32,000 nucleotides of DNA, taken from Parasynechococcus marenigrum WH 8102. GTDB lineage: Bacteria; Cyanobacteriota; Cyanobacteriia; PCC-6307; Cyanobiaceae. The notes under the pieces were generated by a model that made no database searches, was not told where the DNA came from, and saw only the letters and a program-made list of their open reading frames with translations. Shown piece after piece: positions 6,298 through 15,397 of this stretch; position 1 is the stretch's first letter, and the number at the start of each line of letters is the position of its first letter. The translations under genes and the position numbers were made by a program. The stretch spans positions 1,500,001 through 1,532,000 of the forward strand of contig NC_005070.1 in NCBI RefSeq assembly GCF_000195975.1. The letters run 5' to 3'.

Positions 6298-9200
6298 ATG
6301 CGCAGAGAAAGTGGCAAACTGACTAAAGCTAGTGGCATGGCGATGCAAGGCAAGCTCCTCGAATCGGTACTGGTCCAAGTCCCGACGCAACCTCAGCAAA
6401 AAAATCGGACTGACCTTGAGGCAGAAACCACACTCATAGACAGAGCAACCCCTAGACGAACTCACCAAGAATGGGCGAACAGATCAGCTTTTGCTGCAAT
6501 TAATGCGGACGGGTCCGTTACATCCTGGGGTTCAACATTTGAGGGAGGTGATAGCAGTAATGTAGCCGATCAGATAAGTTCTGGTGTAGTAAGAATCCAC
6601 TCCACTAGACAAGCATTTGCTGCCATCAAGGATGATGGATCTGTAGTCGCATGGGGAAGATCTACCGATGGCGGAAACAGTTCAGCCGTTGCAGATCAAC
6701 TTGCCGGCGAGCATAATAATCAGCCTTCTGTTATTGACATTTCCTCGACGTTAGGAGCATTTGCGGCAATAAGAAATGATGGATCTGTAGTCACATGGGG
6801 ATCGTCTTTCAGAGGGGGAAACAGCAACGGCGTTACCGAGCATATTTCAAGCGGAGTCACCGATATCTTCAGTACACAATCTGCTTTTGCTGCTCTAAAG
6901 CGAGATGGTTCTGTGATTACGTGGGGCGATAGCGATTACGGCGGGGACAGCTCAGCTGTTGCAAGTGACTTGACGGGGGGCGTTGTCAAAATCTTTGCCA
7001 ATGACTACGCTTTTTCTGCCTTAAAGCAAGACGGTTCCGTTGTTACCTGGGGTCTTGACGCTTATGGAGGAAGAAGCCTTGAGGTAAGCGATTCCTTAAA
7101 CAATGTAAGTCACATCTATACAACAGACAGTGCATTCGCCGCACTCAAGGAAGATGGATCAGTCGTTTGCTGGGGACTAGACCTTTATGGTGGCAATCCG
7201 AGCGAAAGTATTGTTCAATTATTATCATCAGGTGTTTCATCCATATCCTCTACTCGTTATGCATTCGCCGCTCTTAAAGACGATGGATCAGTCATAACCT
7301 GGGACGACGTATCAGGCGGAGATAGCTCAGGTGTCTCAGAACAACTTCAATCAGGTGTGACAAGCTTATTTGCCACCGAACAAGCATTTGCTGCTTTGAA
7401 AAACGACGGCTCTGTTGTGAGCTGGGGGTCGATTTATTATGGCGGTGACAGCACTGATTTGCAATCAGAGCTCTCTAGTGGAGTCCATACAATCGTACCG
7501 AACGGCTATGCATTTTCTGCACTAAAGAATGATGGTTCTGTGCTAACTTGGGGCGGAGGAAATCAGGGCGGAGATATCAGTAGTGTTGCCGATGAATTAA
7601 GCGATGGTGTGACAGATATTTATGGCAATGAAAAAGCATTTGTTGCCATTAAAAATGATGGTAGTGTCGTGTCATGGGGTGCACCCAATCGCGGTGGAGA
7701 TTCAAGTGAAGCAAATTTCAGAGGCGGAAGTCCATCTATTGCGACACCATTAAGCGAATTAAATATCTCAGGCAAACCTATTGATGATTTTATCGATACT
7801 ATTCCTGTTCCTACCCCCACGCCTTCACCTGACACGACTACTTCACTAGGCCCAACGCCAACACCGGAATCAACTCCAATACCTTCTGCAACGCCAACAC
7901 CGGAATCAACTCCAATACCTTCTGCAACGCCAACACCGGAATCAACTCCAATACCTTCTGCAACGCCAACACCGGAATCAGCTCCAGTACCTTCTGCAAC
8001 GCCAACACCAGAATCAACTCCAGCACCTTCTGCAACTCCTGATCCGTCTATAGACCAAGAACTTATAGATGATTTCGCAAATAATTCTTCTACAAGCGGG
8101 GTTGTTGTTATAGGGGATGTCTTGTATGGCAATTTAGAATCCATATACGATGATGATTGGTTTAAAGTTTCATTAACCAAAGGAAGTGTTTATCGATTTG
8201 ATCTTGAGGGTATACAGTTGAATGATCCACGAATGACTCTGTATGGGTCTAATTTAAAGGAATTAACTTATGACGACGATGGAGGGTCTGGATATGACTC
8301 ACTCATTGAATTCACAGCAACGTCGAGTGATAACTATTTTATTAGTGCAAAAAGTTGGGGGGAAACTGGCACTTATACATTAAAGGCTACAGATATCACA
8401 CCAGCACCTTCTGCAACGCCAGCACCGGAACCAACTCCAGTACCTTCTGCAACGCCAACACCAGAATCTACTCCAGCACCTTCTGCAACTCCGGATCCGT
8501 CTATAGACCAAGAACTTATAGATGATTTCGCAAATAATTCTTCTACAAGCGGGGTTGTTGTTATAGGGGGTGTCGTGAATGGCAACTTAGAATCCATATA
8601 CGATGATGATTGGTTTAAAGTTTCGTTAACCAAAGGAAGTGTTTATCGATTTGATCTTGAGGGAATACAGTTGAATGATCCGCGAATGAGTCTGCATGGG
8701 TCTAATTTACAGGAATTAACTTATGACGACGATGGAGGGTCTGGATATGATTCACTCATTGAATTTACAGCAACGTCGAGTGATAACTATTTTATTAGTG
8801 CAAAAAGTTGGGGGGAAACTGGCACCTATGCATTAAAAGCTACAGATATAACACCAGCACCTTCTGCAACCCCAACACCGGAACCAACTCCATTACCTTC
8901 TGCAACTCCTGATCCATCTATAGACAAAGAACTTATAGATGATTTCGCAAATAATTCTTCTACAAGCGGGGTTGTTGTTATAGGGGGTGTCGTGAATGGC
9001 AACTTAGAATCCATATACGATGATGATTGGTTTAAAGTTTCATTAACCAAAGGAAGTGTTTATCGATTTGATCTTGAGGGAATACAGTTGAATGATCCGC
9101 GAATGAGTCTGCATGGGTCTAATTTACAGGAATTAACTTATGACGACGATGGAGGGTCTGGATATGATTCCCTCATTGAATTTACAGCAACGTCGAGTGA

Positions 9201-9762
9201 TGACTATTTTATTAGTGCAAAAAGTTGGGGGGAAACTGGCACCTATGCATTAAAAGCTACAGATATAACACCAGCACCTTCTGCAACCCCAACACCGGAA
9301 CCAACTCCATTACCTTCTGCAACGCCAACACCAGAATCAACTCCTGAGCCTGAGCCTTACGACGTCATCATTCAATCAGTTCGTGGTAAGGGTAAATTAA
9401 AGGGGACGAAAGTTGCAGATGCCTTCACTTTCGATAGCTTTGAACCATTCACAAAGAAAGCTGCTGACAAGATCATTGGATTTGAAGCATCGCAAGGCGA
9501 CACAATTGCCGTAAGTCCCGATGCGTTCCCTGCATTGGTAGGTGTCTCCGCTATCAGGTTTGCATCGACTAGGAGTAAGAAGGAATTCAAGCAAATGTCC
9601 AAGGAAGATTACGATTTTGTCTATTTTGAGAAAAAAGGTCGGCTCTACTTCGATGGCAATGGTTCTGCGAAGAACTGGGGGAACAGTGGTGAAGGAGGTC
9701 TCGTGGCAATCCTGAAAGGAAAGCCTGATCTAACTGCTGAGGACTTAACACTGCTTGCTTGA
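6298..9762 (+). CDS. giant secreted/surface protein: 10 RCC1-like repeats, PT/PS linker, 3 tandem PPC (pre-peptidase C-terminal-like) domains, shared C-terminal module
   Basis: 1154-aa ORF. The start is uncertain (ATG at 6298, 6337 or 6343). Ten AFAALKxDGSVxxWG....GGDSS units are followed by ([12 protein letters not shown])x5. Three domains with [14 protein letters not shown]...DP...LY......[10 protein letters not shown]...F.A....YFI....WGETGTY.LKA follow. The C-terminal module is 9361-9762. Confidence 0.85.
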   Translation: MRRESGKLTKASGMAMQGKLLESVLVQVPTQPQQKNRTDLEAETTLIDRATPRRTHQEWANRSAFAAINADGSVTSWGSTFEGGDSSNVADQISSGVVRIHSTRQAFAAIKDDGSVVAWGRSTDGGNSSAVADQLAGEHNNQPSVIDISSTLGAFAAIRNDGSVVTWGSSFRGGNSNGVTEHISSGVTDIFSTQSAFAALKRDGSVITWGDSDYGGDSSAVASDLTGGVVKIFANDYAFSALKQDGSVVTWGLDAYGGRSLEVSDSLNNVSHIYTTDSAFAALKEDGSVVCWGLDLYGGNPSESIVQLLSSGVSSISSTRYAFAALKDDGSVITWDDVSGGDSSGVSEQLQSGVTSLFATEQAFAALKNDGSVVSWGSIYYGGDSTDLQSELSSGVHTIVPNGYAFSALKNDGSVLTWGGGNQGGDISSVADELSDGVTDIYGNEKAFVAIKNDGSVVSWGAPNRGGDSSEANFRGGSPSIATPLSELNISGKPIDDFIDTIPVPTPTPSPDTTTSLGPTPTPESTPIPSATPTPESTPIPSATPTPESTPIPSATPTPESAPVPSATPTPESTPAPSATPDPSIDQELIDDFANNSSTSGVVVIGDVLYGNLESIYDDDWFKVSLTKGSVYRFDLEGIQLNDPRMTLYGSNLKELTYDDDGGSGYDSLIEFTATSSDNYFISAKSWGETGTYTLKATDITPAPSATPAPEPTPVPSATPTPESTPAPSATPDPSIDQELIDDFANNSSTSGVVVIGGVVNGNLESIYDDDWFKVSLTKGSVYRFDLEGIQLNDPRMSLHGSNLQELTYDDDGGSGYDSLIEFTATSSDNYFISAKSWGETGTYALKATDITPAPSATPTPEPTPLPSATPDPSIDKELIDDFANNSSTSGVVVIGGVVNGNLESIYDDDWFKVSLTKGSVYRFDLEGIQLNDPRMSLHGSNLQELTYDDDGGSGYDSLIEFTATSSDDYFISAKSWGETGTYALKATDITPAPSATPTPEPTPLPSATPTPESTPEPEPYDVIIQSVRGKGKLKGTKVADAFTFDSFEPFTKKAADKIIGFEASQGDTIAVSPDAFPALVGVSAIRFASTRSKKEFKQMSKEDYDFVYFEKKGRLYFDGNGSAKNWGNSGEGGLVAILKGKPDLTAEDLTLLA
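7855..8037 (+). repeat. 36-nt tandem repeat x5 encoding [12 protein letters not shown]
   Basis: acgccaacaccggaatcaactccaataccttctgca is repeated head to tail. The first three units are identical and the last two diverge slightly. Confidence 0.85.
8041..9330 (+). repeat. three tandem ~417-453 nt units (PPC-like domain plus PT linker)
   Basis: Units start at 8041, 8494 and 8911 (gatccgtctatagacc...). Units 2 and 3 are almost identical by eye. Confidence 0.85.
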
Positions 9763-9787
9763 TAAAACTTCAAAACTGAACACATTC

Positions 9788-9816
9788 TCCCGTCAGCCAT
9801 GGCGGGGTTTCTTATT
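9788..9816 (+). terminator. intrinsic terminator of 6298..9762
   Basis: tCCCG - tcagccatgg - CGGGg followed by TTTCTTATT. Homologous to the hairpin at 5453. Confidence 0.45.
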
Positions 9817-9839
9817 GCATCGGCAGAGCGGGTAACACT

Positions 9840-9950
9840 CAGGACAGTTACGGCTGAACCATGACCCGCGATACCTTCATCGCACTGTTCCTACTGAGTG
9901 AACTGGTTGCTGTCACACCTGAATCGTTACGAGCTGCATACAAGGAGCGC
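9840..9950 (-). pseudogene. heavily decayed thermonuclease remnant (homologous to 5531-5610)
   Basis: catcgcactgttcctactgagtgaactggttgc aligns with catcgccctgttcctaaaggctgaactgtttgc downstream of the first large gene. No intact frame. Confidence 0.4.
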
Positions 9951-9973
9951 GATCTGCTCTCGACCTGTTTATT

Positions 9974-9981
9974 TGTATAAT
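9974..9981 (+). promoter_or_regulatory. possible extended -10 box (TGTATAAT) upstream of 10182..12248
   Basis: Exact TGnTATAAT in an AT-rich intergenic region ~200 nt upstream of the start. No clear -35. Confidence 0.25.
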
Positions 9982-10181
9982 TTTACAGCTAGGACTCTTG
10001 GTTAAACTATTGCGATACTGATGTTTTTCGTGGATCAACGAATGCAATGATTGACAACTGATCTCCGATTCCTGATAGAGATATCTATTTTTTCCAAAGT
10101 TAAATGCATAATAAGTTTTTCGGAGAGGCAATAGTTTTTTGCGATGAATTGTTCTACAATTATTTAAGAAGGAGAGTCACT

Positions 10182-12248
10182 ATGGCCAAAGCCCTCATAG
10201 CTGCATCGCCAGACCGCACCAGTCGTGAATGGCGTAATGCAGCTGCTTTTGCTGCACTTACTGAAACAGGGGAAATCCGTGCATGGGGAATCCCAACTTC
10301 AGGTGGCCTTTTGTCGATTGATGCAGCAGCGCTTAGTGGAGTACGCCAGATCTATTCGACTGAATCAGCATTCGCAGCATTGACTGATCAAGGGCAAGTA
10401 GTTGCGTGGGGTGGCAATGGAGGAGATGCCAGCGCAGTTCAGGATCAGTTGGAAAGTGGTATTCGATCAATTGCATCCACTACAGAGGCTTTTGCTGCTC
10501 TCGATATTAATGGCAAGGTCACAACATGGGGTACTGCGAAATTCGGTGGAGATACAAGCGACATAGCAGATGTACTCAATGAAGGTGTCGTTGATATATT
10601 TTCTACTGATCATGCATTTGCTGCACTTAAAGAAGATGGCACTGTGGTGGCCTGGGGTGACGAGTTTTCTGGTGGATTTAGGGGGAAATCTGGAATAGGA
10701 GTTGCACAAAATGTTCGAGAGATACGTTCTACATCTGGAGCTTTTGCGGCATTATTAAATGACGATACAGTGCAGACATGGGGCTATTGGAATCATGGCG
10801 GCCTTCCCGAGGGGGTAAGTGCTCTTGCATTGGCATCCGGACAAGTAAAAGACATTTTCAGTAATGAGTTCACATTTGCTGCACTTTTGAAAGATGGCAC
10901 GGTAATTGCTTGGGGGAGTCCATCATCTGGAGGTGATACAAGTTCGGTTGACGAGCAATTGATGGATGTGCAGACAATTGTTGGGAATCGAAATGCATTT
11001 GCAGCAATTACGGGTAGTGGAAAAGTGGTTAGTTGGGGCATCTCGGGGGACAATTACGTAGATCAGGGTGATGCCTTGGGGGCGGGTGTGATTAACGTCG
11101 TTGCATCTGATCAGGCTTTTGCTGCGCTCAAAAGCGATGGCTCTGTCGTGACATGGGGTTCCAGTCAATACGGTGGAGACAGTTCTGCTGTTGCTAGTGA
11201 TTTGATCAGTGATGTTGTTGAACTGACCGCTTCTGAGTCCGCGTTCGCTGCGCGAAAGAGTAATGGGAAGGTTGTAACTTGGGGTGACAATGAGGCCGGT
11301 GGGGATAGCTCCTCTGTTCAGCCACAGCTACTGACTGGCGTCGAAAAGGTCTACGCCAACCAGCTTGCATTCGCGGCCTTGAAATCGGATGGATCAGTTG
11401 TGACATGGGGAGATCAGGAATATGGCGGTAACTCACGATTTGCGACTGGTGGTGATCTAGACGATATTGTGAATATTGCTGATGTTTTTACAGATACTTT
11501 CATTGGTGATAATTTCATCGATACCGTTCCGGTTCCAACACCAACACCGGTTCCAACACCAACACCGGTTCCAACACCAACACCGGATCCAACACCAACG
11601 CCGGATCCAACACCAACACCGGATCCAACACCAACACCGGATCCAACACCAACACCGGATCCAACACCAACACCGGATCCAACACCAACACCGGATCCAA
11701 CACCAACACCGGATCCAACACCAACACCGGATCCAACACCAACACCGGATCCAACACCAACACCGGATCCAACACCAACACCGGATCCAACACCAACACC
11801 GGATCCAACACCAACACCGGATCCAACACCGACGTCAGAGCCTTATGACGGCATCATTCAATCAGTTCGTGGTAAGGGCAAATTAAAGGGAACGAAAGTT
11901 GCCGATGCCTTCACTTTCGATTCCTTTGAAGCATTTACTAAAAAGTCTGCTGACAAGATCATTGGATTTAATGCATCGCAAGGCGACACAATTGCCGTTA
12001 GTCCAAATGCGTTCCCTGCATTGACAGGTGCCTCCGCTATCAGCTTTGCATCGACTAGGAACAAGAAGGAGTTCAAGCAATTGTCCAAGGAGGATTACGA
12101 CTTTGTATATTTTGAGAAAAAAGGTCGCCTCTACTTCGATGGAAATGGCGCAGAGAAGAACTGGGGGAACAGCAGTGAGGGAGGTCTTGTGGCAATCCTG
12201 AAAGGAAAGCCTGAGCTAACTGCTGAAGACGTAACACTGTTGGCTTGA
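10182..12248 (+). CDS. large secreted/surface protein: 10 RCC1-like repeats, (TPTPDP)n linker, shared C-terminal module
   Basis: The preferred start is ATG 10182, preceded by AAGGAGAG at good spacing; the track's 10104 start adds 26 odd residues. The N-terminus [26 protein letters not shown] parallels 6298..9762. The C-terminal module is 11847-12248. No signal peptide. Confidence 0.85.
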   Translation: MAKALIAASPDRTSREWRNAAAFAALTETGEIRAWGIPTSGGLLSIDAAALSGVRQIYSTESAFAALTDQGQVVAWGGNGGDASAVQDQLESGIRSIASTTEAFAALDINGKVTTWGTAKFGGDTSDIADVLNEGVVDIFSTDHAFAALKEDGTVVAWGDEFSGGFRGKSGIGVAQNVREIRSTSGAFAALLNDDTVQTWGYWNHGGLPEGVSALALASGQVKDIFSNEFTFAALLKDGTVIAWGSPSSGGDTSSVDEQLMDVQTIVGNRNAFAAITGSGKVVSWGISGDNYVDQGDALGAGVINVVASDQAFAALKSDGSVVTWGSSQYGGDSSAVASDLISDVVELTASESAFAARKSNGKVVTWGDNEAGGDSSSVQPQLLTGVEKVYANQLAFAALKSDGSVVTWGDQEYGGNSRFATGGDLDDIVNIADVFTDTFIGDNFIDTVPVPTPTPVPTPTPVPTPTPDPTPTPDPTPTPDPTPTPDPTPTPDPTPTPDPTPTPDPTPTPDPTPTPDPTPTPDPTPTPDPTPTPDPTPTPDPTPTPDPTPTSEPYDGIIQSVRGKGKLKGTKVADAFTFDSFEAFTKKSADKIIGFNASQGDTIAVSPNAFPALTGASAISFASTRNKKEFKQLSKEDYDFVYFEKKGRLYFDGNGAEKNWGNSSEGGLVAILKGKPELTAEDVTLLA
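11527..11836 (+). repeat. 18-nt tandem repeat x17 (3 x ccaacaccaacaccggtt, then 14 x ccaacaccaacaccggat) encoding (TPTPVP)3(TPTPDP)14
   Basis: Nearly perfect head-to-tail units counted directly. Every Asp unit contains GGATCC. Confidence 0.9.
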
Positions 12249-12270
12249 CAAAGCTTTAATGCTGATCACC

Positions 12271-12654
12271 ATGGCAAGGACTAGCGCGAAAGAACGTTTA
12301 GCCCGTAGGGAACATGCACTGGCGTTGCTTGCTGATGGGAACAGCTTCAGAACGGTTGCGGCGCTTGTGTCGGGAAAGTACGGGGTTTCTGAAAGAACTG
12401 CTCAACGGGACTTGACTTGGGCGAGAAACAGACTGGTAGGGGAACTGAGTTCGACGGAAGTCAAAGAGCTGTTGGCATGGTTCTGCCATAGAACTCAGAC
12501 CATCGTTCAGAAAGCCGAGAAAGCAGGTGCTTACGGTGCTGCTGTTGCTGGCATGAACCTGATTTACCAAGCGGTGCTGTCACGCGAGCTGGACAGTATT
12601 CACAGCAACCGGCATCGGGGCTATGGCAACCGACACGGGAATTACAAGGGTTAA
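12271..12654 (+). CDS. HTH DNA-binding protein (copy A of a near-identical inverted pair)
   Basis: By homology with 20810..21193 the start is ATG 12271 (MARTSAKERL), not 12259. HTH-like segment: NSFRTVAALVSGKYGVSERTAQRDL. It starts 22 nt after the stop of the third large gene. Confidence 0.7.
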   Translation: MARTSAKERLARREHALALLADGNSFRTVAALVSGKYGVSERTAQRDLTWARNRLVGELSSTEVKELLAWFCHRTQTIVQKAEKAGAYGAAVAGMNLIYQAVLSRELDSIHSNRHRGYGNRHGNYKG

Positions 12655-12887
12655 GGCCGAGTTGCGCAGTTTGCTGCTCACTTCCGTGGTCGCTTTACGC
12701 ACCATGGCTCCCGAAGGTGAGATGCCAATCTGTGTGGCTTATTCCAGATAGCCCATATGGATTACAAGGATTTTTGCCTCACCTGGCTGGTTACGTTGGC
12801 GGCCATCAACACAGTTCTGAATGTGCGCGCTCAACGAAGGCGCTGAGCAGCTTTGGCGTCGTTGCCAGCTTTTACGGAATTGCCTGC

Positions 12888-12989
12888 TCACCGCCTAATA
12901 GGCCGTCGGAGCAGATTGCGGTGGTTCAGGACGCAGGCTGTAATAGCTCCAACGCCAAAGGCGATTACCAAAGTGAGAAAGTGGGTCAC
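12888..12989 (-). CDS. 33-aa hydrophobic peptide (hypothetical)
   Basis: GTG start. (M)THFLTLVIAFGVGAITACVLNHRNLLRRPIRR*. It lies directly downstream of 12993..13142 on the same strand. Confidence 0.25.
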   Translation of the reverse strand: MTHFLTLVIAFGVGAITACVLNHRNLLRRPIRR

Positions 12990-12992
12990 GAC

Positions 12993-13142
12993 CTATTTGC
13001 GGTTGAAGAGCTGCAGAGCCGCATAGATGATCACGGCAAGGATGATGTAGTTGAGCAAAGCCCTGAGGATCGTTAGGCTGAGAAAAATGACGAGAACCGA
13101 GATGGCAGCTCGTTTGACGATGGCCTTAGAGCCATCAGTCAT
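12993..13142 (-). CDS. 49-aa membrane peptide (hypothetical)
   Basis: MTDGSKAIVKRAAISVLVIFLSLTILRALLNYIILAVIIYAALQLFNRK*. Two hydrophobic spans. More plausible than the overlapping + ORF 12717..13076. Confidence 0.35.
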   Translation of the reverse strand: MTDGSKAIVKRAAISVLVIFLSLTILRALLNYIILAVIIYAALQLFNRK

Positions 13143-13213
13143 GAAGCGCCAACGGGGAATCAGAGCCACTACAACGCTGAATATATTTGTCAGTTCTAGA
13201 GCAGTACCAGGGT

Positions 13214-13237
13214 GACCTGCTCCCAGTTCTGCTCACC
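13214..13237 (-). repeat. two tandem 12-mers GGTGAGCAGAAC / TGGGAGCAGGTC (same motif as 15325-15360, opposite orientation)
   Basis: The reverse complement of cctgctcccagttctgctcacc matches the GTGAGCAGAA 12-mers next to integrase 1. Confidence 0.4.
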
Positions 13238-13530
13238 TCCTCACGAACCAAGGAAACTCCTGAAGTGCTGGTGGTTGATCTCAGTGATTGACCACCTGTT
13301 CACATTGCAGGGAGTCACTTAGCCTGTAGTCACTCCTTGGCAGGGTGTGACCTTGGGCCGTGATTCGGTTCGAGGTCATTTTTCTTGGGCAAATTTATGG
13401 TTGCGCTGCTGCGCGATGTGGGCACGCCTGGACCAGATGTGGACACGGCGGGAGTGGTCTGTTGACTGTCGCCACGCAATACAGAGGAATGCGTAATGAA
13501 GGCGCTCGCTAATACCTTGGAGTTCGTAAT

Positions 13531-13779
13531 TCATCTGACCTCCGCAAGCTCTCTACGCACGGAGTCGATGCCGATCATCAACTTGCCGCGCTCGTGGAAT
13601 TTCTGACGGCAGGTGGTGATGTTCCAGCTGATTGAGCTGGCATCAGTTGGTCCGAAGCACCAATCCTGACCAGCGATCAGAAAGCCACCGTTACGGTCGC
13701 GATAACGCTTCAGCGTGCGGGCGCTGTAGCCCAAGGCTGTTGTTGCTGCCGGTGTTGGCAGCCATTCATGTTCAGGCAC
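13531..13779 (-). CDS. Xis/AlpA-like HTH protein (putative excisionase or regulator)
   Basis: 82 aa. EWLPTPAATTALGYSARTLKRYRDRNGGFLIAGQDW is paralogous to 17778..18014 (EWFKTSEAARLCGVSSYWLKENRDISGGFLVIDKHW). It lies downstream of integrase 1 on the same strand. Confidence 0.6.
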   Translation of the reverse strand: MPEHEWLPTPAATTALGYSARTLKRYRDRNGGFLIAGQDWCFGPTDASSISWNITTCRQKFHERGKLMIGIDSVRRELAEVR

Positions 13780-13970
13780 AAGAAGATCAGCGATTTTGTT
13801 CTCTGCTGATCTCTTGCGGTTTTTAAGGAAGTTACTAGCGGACCCCTGTCAAATCCCTTTTGCGCAGTGAAAAGAGTGAACCTTCAATCCAGTAATTAAG
13901 GCAAGGAACAACGTAATGTTGCTACTCGCACTGGGACAAGAGATGAAGCAAAATTGCTCCTAAACAACTT

Positions 13971-15110
13971 CTAGGCGGCTTCCGGGTGTAGGTCAAGGGG
14001 TGACAAGGTATCCCCCTCCAAAGTTGTCCTACCTGCTCCAGTAATCCGTTCGACAGCCTCAATCAAGCCAGCCTCATCAATCCACTGTCCATAACTGGCG
14101 TGATGCTCCTGTGGAGTGTGCCCGAGCAGCGCAGCAGCATCCCGAATCGACAACGGGCGGTCATATGACTTGTGCATCCGATAAGCACAGCCGTGCCCCA
14201 GGCTGTATGGCGTCAACCCTGAGCGGGTTGCTTCCAGGCCCTGCCAAAACCTGAAGCGTTGGAGCTGCTGCCGAATCTCATCACCAACAGGCTTGAAGCC
14301 TTTCTCCTCAGCCTCGTTGATGCGGTTCAAAACGGTCTGAGGGAAGCGAATCGTGCCAGTGCGCCACAGCATCACCAGACGCTCTCCTTCACCTTCTCTG
14401 CCTGGCACGTCGAAGGGCAACACCAACCTGTTCTTCTGTTTCTTGCCTCTAGTGGCTTTGTTCCGCTTGCCACCGGGTCGGACTTTCAAATGCCCGTCCT
14501 CCCAAATCAGCTGACTGACTTCAAGGGGGCGCAGACCGTAGATGCCAATAATCCCCACCAGCAACATCAGGCTGGTCCTGTCGGCATCCCTAAGCGCGTC
14601 GAGCAGATTGCCCAGATCGTTGGGCATCACAGGTGGCGTCAACTTGTCCTCAGTGGGTCTGTCGTCAGTACCGATCAACTCCCGCAGGTCATCTGTTTCC
14701 AGAGGCTTCCAACGGCTGTCGTAACCAAATTCCTTGATCGCGTGCCGCAGCAAGCCGCGAACGTTGTTCATCTGTGTGATGCGCCCTGATTTTCCTGGTG
14801 GGCAGTTCTTGAAATGCTGCCGAGCGAAGGAGCGCATCAGGTCAGCGCCACTTTGGGGACGTGGCTTCTTCGCCAAGGTTTGCTTCACCCGTTCCATGTG
14901 ACGGGTGAGGTCCTTCATCGTTGTTGAGCGGCTGTTCTGCCGCCTTCTCTCGATGAAGTCATAGATGACGGCCTGCCAGCCGCTGTCTTCGTCATCCACC
15001 GACTTGCTGACCGTGGGAGTCGCACCGTGCTGCTTCTGTAGCAGCTGAAACGCCTTTGCGAGGGACTCCTCCCCCTTCTCCATACGCTCCCTGATCTGGC
15101 AAACCACCAA
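13971..15110 (-). CDS. int: tyrosine recombinase/integrase paralogue 1 (catalytic Arg II replaced by Gly; possibly inactive)
   Basis: Box I is GLRPLEVSQL. Box II is PYSLGHGCAYR...LLGHT...HHASYGQW, versus PYSLRHGFAWR...LMGHT...HHRHYGAW in integrase 2. The start is ambiguous (TTG 15110, GTG 15107 or ATG 15083). Confidence 0.8.
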   Translation of the reverse strand: MVVCQIRERMEKGEESLAKAFQLLQKQHGATPTVSKSVDDEDSGWQAVIYDFIERRRQNSRSTTMKDLTRHMERVKQTLAKKPRPQSGADLMRSFARQHFKNCPPGKSGRITQMNNVRGLLRHAIKEFGYDSRWKPLETDDLRELIGTDDRPTEDKLTPPVMPNDLGNLLDALRDADRTSLMLLVGIIGIYGLRPLEVSQLIWEDGHLKVRPGGKRNKATRGKKQKNRLVLPFDVPGREGEGERLVMLWRTGTIRFPQTVLNRINEAEEKGFKPVGDEIRQQLQRFRFWQGLEATRSGLTPYSLGHGCAYRMHKSYDRPLSIRDAAALLGHTPQEHHASYGQWIDEAGLIEAVERITGAGRTTLEGDTLSPLDLHPEAA

Positions 15111-15324
15111 GAAGATGTCGCCACTGTGAGCAGGGTTCCAGGGGATCCCTAGCTGAACCGTTTGGCGTGGATTCTTGTGTTGCTTACCGGCAGCTATCCG
15201 GCGGGTTTAACGCACGCCTCCATGGCGCTCATCGATGCCCCAACCGGGGCCACAACGGTGTTTGATCTGGCGGCGTAGTTCCTTCAAACCACTTGTGCTC
15301 AGCCATGGGGAGCAGATTTTTCCC

Positions 15325-15360
15325 GGTGAGCAGAATTGTGAGCAGAAATGGGCAGACACG
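15325..15360 (+). repeat. three tandem 12-mers GGTGAGCAGAAT / TGTGAGCAGAAA / TGGGCAGACACG
   Basis: 12-nt periodicity read directly. Extra GAGCAG copies lie at 15125, 15309 and 15383. The array sits between integrase 1 and the tRNA fragment. Confidence 0.5.
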
Positions 15361-15397
15361 GGAGTACCCAGGTAGGACACGGGGAGCAGAAGGGCAC

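Noticed and set aside
7855-8037. Possible CRISPR array, suggested by regular 36-nt and 18-nt repeats (also 11527-11836)
   Set aside because: The repeats are directly adjacent with no unique spacers, lie in frame within long ORFs, and encode Pro/Thr linkers. No cas genes are present.
7620-8180. Antisense and alternate-frame ORFs inside the large repeat genes (7620..8180, 7838..8035, 8373..8633, 8826..9050, 9372..9602, 11476..11886, 11515..11829, 11858..12088 and others)
   Set aside because: They are low-complexity translations of the Pro/Thr-coding tandem repeats or antisense to the conserved C-terminal module. The sense frames carry recognisable domains.
3533-12248. Calling the three large proteins RTX toxins or adhesins
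   Set aside because: I found no canonical GGxGxDxUx nonapeptide repeats. Only the terminal module resembles the post-RTX segment, so the T1SS link is kept as a hypothesis rather than an annotation.
12717-13076. 119-aa + strand ORF
   Set aside because: Its composition is odd and it has no motif. The opposite strand holds two clean hydrophobic mini-ORFs with start and stop. I treat the + ORF as spurious, though none of the three is proven.
13245-13265. gaaccaaggaaactcctgaag as a degenerate third copy of the tRNA-Ala 3' end (ccaaggagactcgaactcctga with a 7-nt gap), which would mark the far end of the integrase-1 remnant
   Set aside because: The match is only about 14 nt and needs a gap. The GTGAGCAG repeats at 13214-13237 would then fall outside the putative element. 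This is too weak to call.
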